Of a stretch of 32,000 bases of DNA, positions 1-9,676 are shown piece after piece (the stretch's first letter is position 1; every line of letters begins with the position of its first letter). The notes under the pieces are model-generated. The model saw nothing but the letters and a program-made list of their open reading frames with translations, was not told the origin of the DNA and did not search any database. The stretch is from contig ACYB01000047.1 of assembly GCA_000175855.1 (NCBI GenBank), positions 60,001 through 92,000 on the forward strand. The letters are read 5' to 3'. Made by a program: the position numbers and the translations under genes. The DNA is from Raphidiopsis brookii D9. GTDB lineage: Bacteria > Cyanobacteriota > Cyanobacteriia > Cyanobacteriales > Nostocaceae.

Positions 1-57
1 GCGGACTTTTTCCCTCACACACCCCATGTAGAAACAGTGGCCTTTCTAGAAAGATGA
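1..57 (+). CDS. C-terminal fragment of a protein ending ADFFPHTPHVETVAFLER*, probably a 23S rRNA (uracil-5-)-methyltransferase (RlmD/RumA type)
   Basis: Open frame from base 1 to TGA at 55-57. The 'D-FPHTPHVE-V' motif resembles the C-terminus of RlmD-like methyltransferases. Truncated by the window edge. Confidence 0.5.
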   Translation, partial: ADFFPHTPHVETVAFLER

Positions 58-380
58 ACCAACAAAAAAGAAAAATAATAATAATGAAAAAACAGCTTGT
101 CTATTGGGTGATAGTGATGCTAGGATGAGAGAAAGATAAGGAATGAAGTCCTTGCATATCAGCAGGATTAATTAATTATCGAAAACATTAGAAATTGGCT
201 CCAACCAGGTGCAGTTTTCCTATGAATGACCAATTACAGTTATCTAGTACAGAGTCTAATTATGAATAAGTTTAAATAGGTTTTGTGTAAAGGTGAGCAT
301 CGAAACAGCGAGTATCGGAAAAGCGCGTATTAAAACAGAAAATTAATGTCTAGCTAACCAAAAGCTACGGGGTTTCTCTT

Positions 381-851
381 GTGATTACCATTTCTCTCAG
401 ACTATTGGGGCGTTCTTGGGGCACTATTAGTTTTGCCTCAACCCTTTATTTATGTCCGATACTGGATCTACTATTAGCAGATATTCCGAAAAATCTACAG
501 CCAGAAATTAGGCTAGGACTACAAGAAGCCCTAGTGAATGCAGCCAAGCATGGAAATAATCTAGATCCTGGTAAGTTGGTAGTGGTGCGTTTTTCCTTTA
601 CAGATAATCAGTATTGGTGGACCATATCAGACCAAGGTAATGGATTTACACCCTGTTATCATAAACTAAGCGATTCCAGCGATTATTTGCCACCAGATGA
701 ATCAGAGAGCGGGAGGGGTATGAGCTTATTACATCAAATATTTGATCAAGTAGAGTGGAACCATAAAGGAACAGAACTAAGACTGTGTAAGCAGGTAGAA
801 ATTAGGAGGTTTTGGCATGCAAACCTGGTTCCGGTTTTGGGCTATAAGTGA
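381..851 (+). CDS. Anti-sigma regulatory factor / RsbW-like serine kinase (HATPase_c)
   Basis: ORF 156 aa with GHKL motifs: 'GLQEALVNAAKHGN' (N box), 'ISDQGNGF' (G1), 'ESGRGMSLL' (G2). Confidence 0.85.
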   Translation: MITISLRLLGRSWGTISFASTLYLCPILDLLLADIPKNLQPEIRLGLQEALVNAAKHGNNLDPGKLVVVRFSFTDNQYWWTISDQGNGFTPCYHKLSDSSDYLPPDESESGRGMSLLHQIFDQVEWNHKGTELRLCKQVEIRRFWHANLVPVLGYK

Positions 852-1099
852 CGACTGGGACAAGGAGGAGCAGATATGGACTTATCCAACCAACCCACAG
901 CCTGATTTAACCTAGCTTGAGCTTCCAAGGGTTCATTTTTGACCAAAAACACCATTGCTGCAGCCACAAGCTCACTGGCCCGGGCATTGCGGTGGGATTT
1001 GAGACGATGCCAATCATCGGGAGAGATGCTTAATTTTCCCATCAAAGCCTGAGCCAATTCCAGGGTGCTGTAATTATTTAACTCACTGTTTAAAGACAT
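842..1099 (-). CDS. Small conserved cyanobacterial protein (resembles DUF6439)
   Basis: 85 aa ORF, 'ELAQALMGKLSISPDDWHRLKSHRNARASELVAAAMVFLVKNEP'. Its 3' end overlaps the preceding convergent gene by 10 bp. Confidence 0.55.
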   Translation of the reverse strand: MSLNSELNNYSTLELAQALMGKLSISPDDWHRLKSHRNARASELVAAAMVFLVKNEPLEAQARLNQAVGWLDKSISAPPCPSRHL

Positions 1100-1162
1100 A
1101 ATACTTAAAGCCTAATAGATACTAGCTATTATAGCGAACAATCCAACACCAGTCCATAAGTA

Positions 1163-1496
1163 ATGACTAACCCAGAGGGAAAAGAGATTGAGCAACAACT
1201 AGAGCAGTTAGAAAACGAACTAATGCTGTTAAAACAAAGATATAGTCAAATAGAAAGGGATCAACAAAAAAAAAGCTGAATGGCAACAAAAAGCCAAAGA
1301 TATCCAACAGGCTAAAAACCGGACTGAGGAGATGAGATTTGAGCTTAGGCGTATAGAAAAAGAGATAGAACTAATAGAAATTAATTTAGAAAGTAAATTA
1401 ATTTCTTGGAGAAGTCTAAACAAACCCTTTTGGCAAGTTATTCGATTTGGTGGACTAGGCATTCTTATAGGTTGGTGGTTAAAATCATGGATGTGA
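1163..1496 (+). pseudogene. Coiled-coil protein with C-terminal hydrophobic segment, split by a frameshift at an A9 tract
   Basis: ATG at 1163 reads MTNPEGKEIEQQLEQLENELMLLKQRYSQIERDQQKK to a TGA at 1277. The -1 frame after A9 (1266-1274) continues AEWQQKAKDIQQAKNRTEEMRFELRRIEKEIELIEINLESKLISWRSLNKPFWQVIRFGGLGILIGWWLKSWM* to 1496. Confidence 0.65.
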
Positions 1497-1500
1497 ATTA

Positions 1501-1857
1501 GCGAGTTCCGTAAGGTGTCAGATCATAGTTGCAAATCAGGAATCTTTATCACCTCAACAAGAATTAGTGGAAGACCTAATGGCAATTATCCACTGCTTTT
1601 CTTGTCGATTGTACGAATTGAGGAATTACTCCAAATAAATTAAGGATAATCTCAAAAATGCTATTGACAAACCTGCACGAGATATGTCAGGTTTAGAAAA
1701 CAAAGAAATACATTGCTAAGGATGAGTAATGCTTTTATCTATCAAAACAAAACTCAAGTTAAATAAAACCCAGGAAATATTAATGGCTGTTCAGCCATTA
1801 ATAGCAAGTGCTAAGGCGCACAGCAAAGCTATACATAGTAAAAGAACCCAATTGTAG
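1501..1857 (+). mobile_element. Remnant of an IS607-family element: C-terminus of serine recombinase TnpA followed by the N-terminus of TnpB
   Basis: Frame 1501-1638 reads ...VRCQIIVANQESLSPQQELVEDLMAIIHCFSCRLYELRNYSK* (IS607 TnpA-like tail). ORF 1729-1857 reads MLLSIKTKLKLNKTQEILM... (TnpB-like N-terminus) and then diverges and stops. Confidence 0.6.
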
Positions 1858-1860
1858 AAA

Positions 1861-3252
1861 ATGATTGAACATCGAATTGCCACAATACTAAGAAGTAGTC
1901 AACCTGAAGAAACGCTAGTAGTACGAGGGTGGGTAAGAACTAAACGAGAACTCAAGGGATTTACCTTTTTAGAAATCAATGACGGTTCATGTTTAGCCAA
2001 TCTACAGATAGTTATTAATCAGGACTTACCCCAGTACCAGACAATAATAAAACAAATAAATACAGGTGCTTCTGTGGAAGTTGGGGGAGTGTTAGTTGCA
2101 TCTCAAGGGAAAGGACAGAGAATAGAGCTAAAAGCGGAAGGTGTAAAAGTATATGGAGATGCAGATCCAGAAACTTATCCTTTACAAAAGAAACGTCATT
2201 CCTTTGAGTTTTTGAGAAGCATTGCCCACCTACGTAGTAGAACCAACTCCTTTGGGGCGGTATTTCGGGTGAGAAATGCTTGTGCGACTGCCATACATCA
2301 GTTTTTCCAACAGAGAGGTTTTATGTGGGTGCATACCCCCATTTTAACTGCTAGTGATTGTGAAGGAGCAGGAGAATTATTTAGTGTCACCAGTTTGAAT
2401 TTGAAAGATATTCCCCGGAAAGAAAACCAAGAGGTTGATTACAGTCAAGATTTTTTTGGCAAACCGACCTATTTAACAGTGAGTGGGCAATTAGAAGCAG
2501 AAATCATGGCCATGGCATTTACTAACGTTTATACCTTTGGTCCAACATTTAGAGCGGAGAATTCTCACACTTCTAGACATTTAGCAGAGTTTTGGATGGT
2601 AGAGCCAGAAATGGCCTTTTGCGACTTAGAAGGTGATATGAACTTAGCAGAAGACTTTCTTAAACATATTTTCCGATATGTAATGGAGAACTGTGAACAA
2701 GATATGGAGTTTTTCAATGAAAGAATTGACAACACCGTATTAGAAACAGCAGAAAATATTGTTAACAACCAGTTTGAGAGATTGACCTATACAGATGCCA
2801 TCCAAATGTTAGAGAAAGCAGAAGTCAAATTTGATTACCCAGTAGAATGGGGCTTAGATTTGCAGTCAGAACACGAGCGTTACCTAGCAGAGCAGCTTTT
2901 TAAAAAGCCGGTAATTGTTACGGATTATCCCGCACAAATCAAGGCATTTTATATGAAACTAAATAACGATGAGAAAACAGTACGTGCCATGGATATTTTA
3001 GCTCCTAAAATAGGGGAAATTATTGGGGGTTCCCAAAGGGAAGAAAGACTAGATATTTTAGAGAGAAGGGTCCTAGCTCAGGGCATGAAACCAGAAGATT
3101 TATGGTGGTATTTGGATCTACGTCGTTACGGAACCGTACCCCATGCGGGGTTTGGTCTAGGATTTGAAAGGTTAGTGCAATTTATGACGGGTATGGGAAA
3201 TATTAGAGATGTCATTCCCTTTCCACGTACACCACAAAGTGCAGAGTTTTAA
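1861..3252 (+). CDS. asnS: Asparaginyl-tRNA synthetase
   Basis: 463 aa, class II aaRS motifs: '[23 protein letters not shown]', '[34 protein letters not shown]', '[29 protein letters not shown]'. Confidence 0.97.
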   Translation: MIEHRIATILRSSQPEETLVVRGWVRTKRELKGFTFLEINDGSCLANLQIVINQDLPQYQTIIKQINTGASVEVGGVLVASQGKGQRIELKAEGVKVYGDADPETYPLQKKRHSFEFLRSIAHLRSRTNSFGAVFRVRNACATAIHQFFQQRGFMWVHTPILTASDCEGAGELFSVTSLNLKDIPRKENQEVDYSQDFFGKPTYLTVSGQLEAEIMAMAFTNVYTFGPTFRAENSHTSRHLAEFWMVEPEMAFCDLEGDMNLAEDFLKHIFRYVMENCEQDMEFFNERIDNTVLETAENIVNNQFERLTYTDAIQMLEKAEVKFDYPVEWGLDLQSEHERYLAEQLFKKPVIVTDYPAQIKAFYMKLNNDEKTVRAMDILAPKIGEIIGGSQREERLDILERRVLAQGMKPEDLWWYLDLRRYGTVPHAGFGLGFERLVQFMTGMGNIRDVIPFPRTPQSAEF

Positions 3253-3435
3253 TTTGGATACAACTTATTACTTTTTCCTCCCCAATGTTGATTATGGCAT
3301 GGGTAATCCTGACTCCGATCACCAAACTGTCTAGGTAGTTGTTTTATACTTTGCCATCATGCTATTCTTGATTGGTGGGGGGAAATTAGCTTTCTCCTCT
3401 TGATTTTTTGATAAAAATTACAACCTGGGAAAATT

Positions 3436-3882
3436 ATGACAGCTGAATTGCCATTCTTTACAGCAAAATTACTAGCAGCTAAAAAAGCCAAGGGGTTGGG
3501 CTTTGCGGATCTAGAAAGGTTAATAGGAAAAGATGAAGTTTGGATTGCCTCTTTGTTTTATGGTCAAAACAGCACCAGTGTGGAAGAAGCGACCAAAATC
3601 GCCGATATTTTAGGTTTAGATCAGGATATAGTCGCCGCTTTAACCTCCTTTCCCAGCAAAGGTTTGGGTCCTGTTGTCCCAACGGATCCTTTAATTTATC
3701 GCTTCTATGAAATTATTCAAGTTTATGGTTATCCTATGAAAGAAATAATTCACGAGAAGTTTGGTGATGGTATTATGAGCGCTATTGACTTCACTCTTAA
3801 TATTGAGAAGATAGAGGATGAAAAGGGTGACCGTGTACAAGTAACAATGAATGGTAAATTTCTACCATACAAAAAATGGTAG
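3436..3882 (+). CDS. cynS: Cyanate hydratase (cyanate lyase)
   Basis: 148 aa with the cyanase signature '[33 protein letters not shown]'. Confidence 0.96.
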   Translation: MTAELPFFTAKLLAAKKAKGLGFADLERLIGKDEVWIASLFYGQNSTSVEEATKIADILGLDQDIVAALTSFPSKGLGPVVPTDPLIYRFYEIIQVYGYPMKEIIHEKFGDGIMSAIDFTLNIEKIEDEKGDRVQVTMNGKFLPYKKW

Positions 3883-4059
3883 TAGTTCATAACTAGACTC
3901 TTAAGTAATCTCTGACTACCTCATTCTAGCATGGTCAAGAACAGAATTTGCTTAGTTGGTACTGAAAAATCTGACCAGGTGATCCAAAAGTTAATTCGGG
4001 TCCGTCATTAAAATAAAGGAAATAAAAACCTTAAGTCCCCTACCAACTAAGTTTGTGTT

Positions 4060-4914
4060 ATGAACTGGAAGAAGTTTTTGCCAACTTACCCTTTATGGCA
4101 ACGTCGCTGGGTCTACCCTGTAATTTCATCAATTGTTGCTCTAAGTCTGTGTTTGAGTACATCCCTACCCAGTCGCGCCATTGATCTGTTGCCTCTCTTA
4201 CTTCGAGGTGCACAAATACTACAACTGTCCAATTTATCCACTAATCAAGAAGTGGAACTAGGAAGACAGATGAATGACCAGATAAGTCGAGAAGTCCGAA
4301 TTTCCCGTAATCAGCAACTAACTAACTATGTGTCCCAGGTGGGTAGAAGGTTGGTACTTAATGCTAACCGGGCCAATATTCCCTATACCTTTCAAGTTGT
4401 GGAAGATGAACAAATTAATGCTTTCGCTACTTTAGGTGGTTTTGTTTATATTCATACTGGATTATTAAAAGCTGCTGATAATGAAGCTGAGTTAGCTAGT
4501 GTGATTGGACACGAAATGGGTCATATTGAGGGTAGACATTTAATCGAGCAAATGAAACAAAGGGCTATTGCTAGTGGTGTGGCTAGTATAACTGGTTTAG
4601 ATCGTAGTCAAGCTGTAGCTATTGGTGTAGACCTAGCCTTAAATCGTCCTAGAAGTCGCAAGGATGAGTTTGATGCTGACGCTAGGGGGTTAAGAATTTT
4701 GACAGGGAGTGGTTACTCACCCACAGCAGCAGTTTCTTTCATGAGAAAGCTTCAGTCACAGGGTTCCACACCTACTTTTTTGAGTACCCACCCTGCAACT
4801 GGGGACAGAATTAATCGGCTACAACAACAAATTAATCAATTTCCACAAATCAATTCTAATGATGGATTAGACAGTACTAGTTACAGAAACAATCTGCAAG
4901 TACTATTCCGATAG
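4060..4914 (+). CDS. M48 family metallopeptidase (periplasmic, signal-anchored)
   Basis: 284 aa; N-terminal hydrophobic signal ending AIDL; zinc motif 'VIGHEMGHIEGRH'; 'DEFDADARGLRILTGSGY'; C-terminal 'THPATGDRINRL'. Confidence 0.93.
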   Translation: MNWKKFLPTYPLWQRRWVYPVISSIVALSLCLSTSLPSRAIDLLPLLLRGAQILQLSNLSTNQEVELGRQMNDQISREVRISRNQQLTNYVSQVGRRLVLNANRANIPYTFQVVEDEQINAFATLGGFVYIHTGLLKAADNEAELASVIGHEMGHIEGRHLIEQMKQRAIASGVASITGLDRSQAVAIGVDLALNRPRSRKDEFDADARGLRILTGSGYSPTAAVSFMRKLQSQGSTPTFLSTHPATGDRINRLQQQINQFPQINSNDGLDSTSYRNNLQVLFR

Positions 4915-4996
4915 CTGTAGCTAAGTGCAGGTGAGCCAGAACGCTTATTTATTTAAACCTGTCTATCGCGTTCTGGCAATGGGAAGTCTAACTAAT

Positions 4997-5758
4997 CTAA
5001 CTAACTTGTTTATAGCGACCACTGAGTTTGATTTCTTGTGGATTGATTTTGCTTAGCGCTTTTTCCAAGGGTAAACAGCGAGTGCTGTTTTTAAAAACAT
5101 TCACCTGGTAAACTAAGCTGTTAGTTATATCCAGTCCAGTCAACCAACCACTGCGGGGATGATATGCACCAGTGTCAATATCTAGCCACCCCTGACCCTG
5201 TGCTAAATCTCCAGGTTTCACCCCTGGTAAGGTAAAGGTGATTGTGTGTCCTGTAACAATTAGTTTGTTTGTAAAGTATGGAGTTTTCATACTATGAAAC
5301 TCCTCTCTAATCCAGCATAGATCTCCTTCTGTTTGCTCAGACAAAGACTTGTTTGGATTAACTCCCGCATGGGCTAACAAAATATCTCCCAAATCAAGAT
5401 ATGTAGGTAAACTGCCAAACCAGTCCAAATCTTCTTGGGGTATTCTTGCCGATCTATAACTGGCCATGGTAGCTTGTCCCCCACTATATAACCATGATTG
5501 TACAGCTTTACTTGATGTGTAATGATGAACCATCACATTCATAATCATTTCCTCATGATTACCTAGGAGACAGGGATAATTATTTTCCTTAACAAATTTG
5601 ACCACCTGAGCACTTTGTGGACCTCGGTCTATTAAGTCTCCCAGGAAATATACCTGATCCCCTGAGTTAGGTGCAATTTTCTCCATGAGCAGCATTAGAC
5701 CTTGATAGTGACCGTGCACGTCCCCGATAATAATTCGCCGTGAATTAGTTGCGCTCAT
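4997..5758 (-). CDS. Metallophosphoesterase / serine-threonine protein phosphatase family
   Basis: 'IIGDVHGHYQGL', 'FLGDLIDRGPQSAQV', 'LLGNHEEMI', 'VTGHT' motifs. Confidence 0.92.
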   Translation of the reverse strand: MSATNSRRIIIGDVHGHYQGLMLLMEKIAPNSGDQVYFLGDLIDRGPQSAQVVKFVKENNYPCLLGNHEEMIMNVMVHHYTSSKAVQSWLYSGGQATMASYRSARIPQEDLDWFGSLPTYLDLGDILLAHAGVNPNKSLSEQTEGDLCWIREEFHSMKTPYFTNKLIVTGHTITFTLPGVKPGDLAQGQGWLDIDTGAYHPRSGWLTGLDITNSLVYQVNVFKNSTRCLPLEKALSKINPQEIKLSGRYKQVS

Positions 5759-6004
5759 AAGTGTCTCAATTTGTCTAATAAACTAAAAGTCATTAAGATG
5801 AATATCTTAAATTAAACGTGGTATTTTTACTCTGCTAATTTTAAACTACACAGTTGTCAGTTGGTTTTCAGATATAGCGGTTTATTTTTTCCCCAAAATC
5901 ATAGTCAATGTTAAGTGATATTACAAACTTTAGAAAAATATTGAGAAATTAATCTCAGAGCAATCATGATTTTAAGGTAGAACTTATAGGATAGACGCGA
6001 GGCA

Positions 6005-6325
6005 ATGATGAATAAGAATAATATTCAAAACTATCGCTTTGTTTGTACCCTCACATTTGGTGATATCTACGGTCAAATTGTTGCTTGGTTAATCACAATT
6101 ACACTTAGTCTAGCTTCAGCTTTAGCATTGATAGGTGCTAGAAGACCTGTATATGCTTTAGCTGCAGTAGGACTTGTGGTTGTTTTTACTCTCCCATTTC
6201 TGTTGTTTGCTTTTGTCACCACTCTATTAAACCATATAGAGCTAAATGCTGTCGAGTTAGAAACAAAAACACAAACGATAGCGGATGGTGTTCCGGTGCA
6301 AAAACCGATTCAAGCCAACAGTTGA
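6005..6325 (+). CDS. Conserved small membrane protein, unknown function
   Basis: 106 aa with two predicted TM helices (IVAWLITITLSLASALALIGA; VYALAAVGLVVVFTLPFLLFAFVTTLL). Confidence 0.75.
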   Translation: MMNKNNIQNYRFVCTLTFGDIYGQIVAWLITITLSLASALALIGARRPVYALAAVGLVVVFTLPFLLFAFVTTLLNHIELNAVELETKTQTIADGVPVQKPIQANS

Positions 6326-6379
6326 AATCAGTAAAATATGGGTGGTGCTTACTGGTCTAATGACGACTGAAAATAACAT

Positions 6380-6406
6380 CCCTGTTCCCAAACAGGGTAT
6401 TTTTTT
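6380..6406 (+). terminator. Rho-independent terminator
   Basis: CCCTGTT-CCCA-AACAGGG stem (7 bp) followed by TATTTTTTT, between the 6005 gene and sdhA. Confidence 0.8.
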
Positions 6407-6417
6407 CCAATAGGGAG

Positions 6418-8154
6418 TTGATGACGATGATAGAACATGATGTAGTTATTGTCGGTGGTGGTTTAGCTGGATGTCGAGCAGCATTAGAAATTGCCAGAAC
6501 TGATCCTAGCTTAAAAGTAGCACTGGTGGCCAAAACCCATCCTATTCGTTCTCACTCAGTAGCTGCTCAGGGGGGAATGGCAGCTTCCCTGAAAAATGTG
6601 GATACTCAAGACAGTTGGCAAGCCCACGCTTTTGATACGGTCAAGGGTTCAGATTACTTAGCAGACCAAAATGCTGTGGCCATTCTCACTCAGGAAGCAC
6701 CTGATGTGGTGATTGATTTGGAACATCTGGGAGTGTTATTTTCTCGTTTACCAGATGGGAGAATTGCTCAGAGGGCTTTTGGTGGACATTCCCATAATCG
6801 CACCTGTTACGCAGCTGATAAAACCGGTCATGCTATCCTCCATGAGTTGGTTAGTAATTTGGGACGCTATGGGGTACAAATATATCAAGAGTGGTATGTG
6901 ACTAGACTGATTATGGAAGATAATGAAGCCAAAGGTTTAGTTATGTTCCACTTACTAGATAGTAGAATTGCCGTTCTACGCGCCAAGGCAATTATGTTTG
7001 CTACCGGTGGCTATGGTCGTGTTTACAACACTACTTCAAATGATTATGCCTCTACAGGTGATGGTTTGGCAATGACCGCATTAGCTGGACTACCTTTGGA
7101 AGATATGGAGTTTGTCCAATTTCATCCCACCGGTCTATATCCGGTGGGAGTGCTGATCTCTGAAGCGGTTCGAGGAGAAGGTGCCTATTTAATTAATGCC
7201 CAGGGCGCCCGTTTTATGGTTAACTATGCTCCTAGCCGCATGGAGCTGGCACCTCGTGATATTACATCCAGAGCGATCGCCTACGAGATTCGCGCAGGTA
7301 GAGGTGCTAATTTAGACGGAACTGCTGGTGGACCCTTTGTTTATCTAGATTTAAGACATCTAGGAAGGGAAAAAATCATGAGTAGAGTACCTTTTTGTTG
7401 GGAAGAGGCCCATAGGTTAGTGGGCGTGGATGCGGTCACCCAACCTATGCCAGTGCGTCCCACTATTCATTATTGTATGGGTGGTATTCCGGTGAACACT
7501 GATGGACAAGTACGTCGCAATAGCAGTGAGTTAGTCGAGAGCTTTTTTGCTGCTGGAGAAAGTGCCTGTGTATCTGTTCATGGTGCTAATCGTTTAGGTA
7601 GTAACTCTCTATTAGAATGTGTAGTTTATGGCAGACGTACTGGAGCGAAACTAGTCGAATATGTACAAAACCGTAAACTACCAGTTATAGATGAACAAAA
7701 TTATATAAGAGCGGCCCAGGAAGAGATTGAGAGTTTACTGGCACAACCGGGAAAATATCGTATCAATCAAATTCGTGAACAGCTTCAGGACACAATGACA
7801 GATTTTTGTGGAGTATTTAGAACTGCAGAACTAATGAAGGAAGGATTAGAAAGAATTGAAGAAATTGAAGCTAAGTCTTATCAGATACACTTAGATGACA
7901 AGGGCAAGTGTTGGAATACGGAATTAGTAGAGGCTATGGAGTTAAAGAGCTTAATGGTAGTCGGTAAAACCATATTAGCATCAGCATTTAGTCGTCAAGA
8001 AAGTAGAGGTGCCCATTTTAGAGAAGATTTTCCCAGTCGAGATGATCACCAGTTTTTAAACCATAGTATGGCTTACTACTCACCTCTACAAATTAGAATA
8101 GAGTATATGCCAGTAGTAGTAAATATGTTTGAGCCCCAGGAGAGGAAATATTAA
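6418..8154 (+). CDS. sdhA: Succinate dehydrogenase / fumarate reductase flavoprotein subunit
   Basis: FAD-binding 'DVVIVGGGLAGCRAALE', 'RSHSVAAQGGMAA', 'RTCYAADKTGHAIL', 'FHPTGL', 'GACVSVHGANRLGSNSLLE'-type motifs. Confidence 0.94.
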   Translation: MMTMIEHDVVIVGGGLAGCRAALEIARTDPSLKVALVAKTHPIRSHSVAAQGGMAASLKNVDTQDSWQAHAFDTVKGSDYLADQNAVAILTQEAPDVVIDLEHLGVLFSRLPDGRIAQRAFGGHSHNRTCYAADKTGHAILHELVSNLGRYGVQIYQEWYVTRLIMEDNEAKGLVMFHLLDSRIAVLRAKAIMFATGGYGRVYNTTSNDYASTGDGLAMTALAGLPLEDMEFVQFHPTGLYPVGVLISEAVRGEGAYLINAQGARFMVNYAPSRMELAPRDITSRAIAYEIRAGRGANLDGTAGGPFVYLDLRHLGREKIMSRVPFCWEEAHRLVGVDAVTQPMPVRPTIHYCMGGIPVNTDGQVRRNSSELVESFFAAGESACVSVHGANRLGSNSLLECVVYGRRTGAKLVEYVQNRKLPVIDEQNYIRAAQEEIESLLAQPGKYRINQIREQLQDTMTDFCGVFRTAELMKEGLERIEEIEAKSYQIHLDDKGKCWNTELVEAMELKSLMVVGKTILASAFSRQESRGAHFREDFPSRDDHQFLNHSMAYYSPLQIRIEYMPVVVNMFEPQERKY

Positions 8155-8168
8155 TATAATGTGAGAAG

Positions 8169-9674
8169 ATGAGAGTAAAACAAACTATGCTGATCCAAGA
8201 TAAAAAAGAAATAGATTGGAAACCAATTATTAAAGAATTCATAGCCGTGCTAGGTGAAAAAGGTGTAGTTCAACGGAAAGAAGAACTAATAACCTACGAG
8301 TGTGACGGCCTAACCAGTTATCGTCAAAGACCAGCAGTGGCAGTTTTACCCCGTACCACTGAACAGGTAGCAGCAGTAGTAAAGATTTGTAACCGGTATT
8401 CCATACCCTTTATTGCCAGAGGTTCGGGTACAGGGTTGTCTGGTGGGGCTTTGCCATTAGAGAATTCAGTATTAATTGTTACTTCTTTAATGCGGCAAAT
8501 TCTCAACATAGATTTAGAGAACCAACGTGTTATTGTCCAACCTGGAATTATCAACAGTTGGGTAACTCAGGCGGTTAGTGGTGCCGGTTTTTACTTTGCT
8601 CCGGACCCTTCAAGTCAAATTATCTGCTCTATTGGTGGTAATATTGCGGAAAATTCCGGAGGTGTACACTGTTTAAAATACGGTGTGACTACTAACCATG
8701 TGTTGGGTCTAAAAATAGTTCTTCCTGATGGGTCAATCACTGATCTTGGGGGACAGATTCCAGAAATGCCAGGTTACGATTTAACGGGAGTGTTTGTCGG
8801 TTCAGAGGGAACCTTAGGCATTGCTACGGAAATTACCCTGAAAATCCTCAAAACTGCCGAATCAATTTGTGTATTACTAGCGGATTTCACCAGCGTAGAA
8901 GCTGCTGCAGCTAGTGTGTCTGATATAGTCAGTGCGGGGATAATTCCCGGTGGCATGGAAATGATGGATAACATTAGTATTAATGCTGTAGAAGATGTGG
9001 TGGCTACTAATTGCTACCCCCGTGATGCAGCGGCAATTTTATTAGTGGAGGTGGATGGACTAACAGTAGAAGTTAATGCTAATAAACAAAAGGTGACAGA
9101 TATTTGTTTAAAGAATGGAGCGCGTAACATCACAGCTGCATCTGACCCGGAAACGAGATTGAAATTGTGGAAAGGTAGAAAAGCTGCTTTTGCTGCAGCA
9201 GGTCATGTCAGCCCAGATTATTACGTTCAAGACGGGGTTATCCCTCGCACCCAACTACCTTATGTTCTCACAGAAATTGAGGCTTTAAGCCAAAAATATG
9301 GTTATAGAATAGCCAATGTTTTTCATGCAGGAGATGGTAATTTACATCCTCTGATTTTATTTGATAATTCCATACCAGGAGAATTAGAAAAGGTGGAAGA
9401 AGTGGGAGGAGAAATTCTCAAGTTATGTGTGAAAGTTGGTGGTAGCATTTCTGGAGAACACGGTATAGGAGCTGACAAGAAGTGTTATATGCCAGATATG
9501 TTTAGTGATACGGATTTAGAAACTATGCAATGGGTAAGGGAGGTTTTTAACCCTCAGAGCCTAGCTAATCCAGGGAAAATTTTCCCCACACCGCGTACCT
9601 GTGGAGAAGGTGCAAAAGCATCTTCAAATGCACAATTTTCTTCACCACTTTCACCTCATATAGAAAGGTTTTAA
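8169..9674 (+). CDS. glcD: Glycolate oxidase subunit GlcD (FAD-linked oxidase)
   Basis: 'FIARGSGTGLSGGALP', 'GGNIAENSGGVHCLKYGVTTNHVLGL', 'VFVGSEGTLGIATEITLKI', 'ISGEHGIGADK'. The true start may be the downstream ATG at 8187. Confidence 0.92.
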   Translation: MRVKQTMLIQDKKEIDWKPIIKEFIAVLGEKGVVQRKEELITYECDGLTSYRQRPAVAVLPRTTEQVAAVVKICNRYSIPFIARGSGTGLSGGALPLENSVLIVTSLMRQILNIDLENQRVIVQPGIINSWVTQAVSGAGFYFAPDPSSQIICSIGGNIAENSGGVHCLKYGVTTNHVLGLKIVLPDGSITDLGGQIPEMPGYDLTGVFVGSEGTLGIATEITLKILKTAESICVLLADFTSVEAAAASVSDIVSAGIIPGGMEMMDNISINAVEDVVATNCYPRDAAAILLVEVDGLTVEVNANKQKVTDICLKNGARNITAASDPETRLKLWKGRKAAFAAAGHVSPDYYVQDGVIPRTQLPYVLTEIEALSQKYGYRIANVFHAGDGNLHPLILFDNSIPGELEKVEEVGGEILKLCVKVGGSISGEHGIGADKKCYMPDMFSDTDLETMQWVREVFNPQSLANPGKIFPTPRTCGEGAKASSNAQFSSPLSPHIERF

Positions 9675-9676
9675 AC

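Noticed and set aside
58-380. Possible structured ncRNA upstream of the RsbW-like gene
   Set aside because: No convincing hairpin or known RNA motif found by eye; only AT-rich intergenic sequence.
1229-1462. 77-aa minus-strand ORF in the track
   Set aside because: It is antisense to the A9-split coiled-coil gene. Composition mirrors the complementary strand and the plus-strand reading is far more protein-like.
2565-2768. 67-aa minus-strand ORF
   Set aside because: Entirely antisense within asnS; no independent support.
3479-3682. 67-aa minus-strand ORF
   Set aside because: Antisense shadow of cynS.
3883-4059. 26-aa ORF MVKNRICLVGTEKSDQVIQKLIRVRH*
   Set aside because: Too short, no ribosome-binding context or recognisable homology; could be chance or a decayed fragment.
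8774-8974. 66-aa minus-strand ORF (also 8324-8554)
   Set aside because: Antisense shadow ORFs inside glcD.
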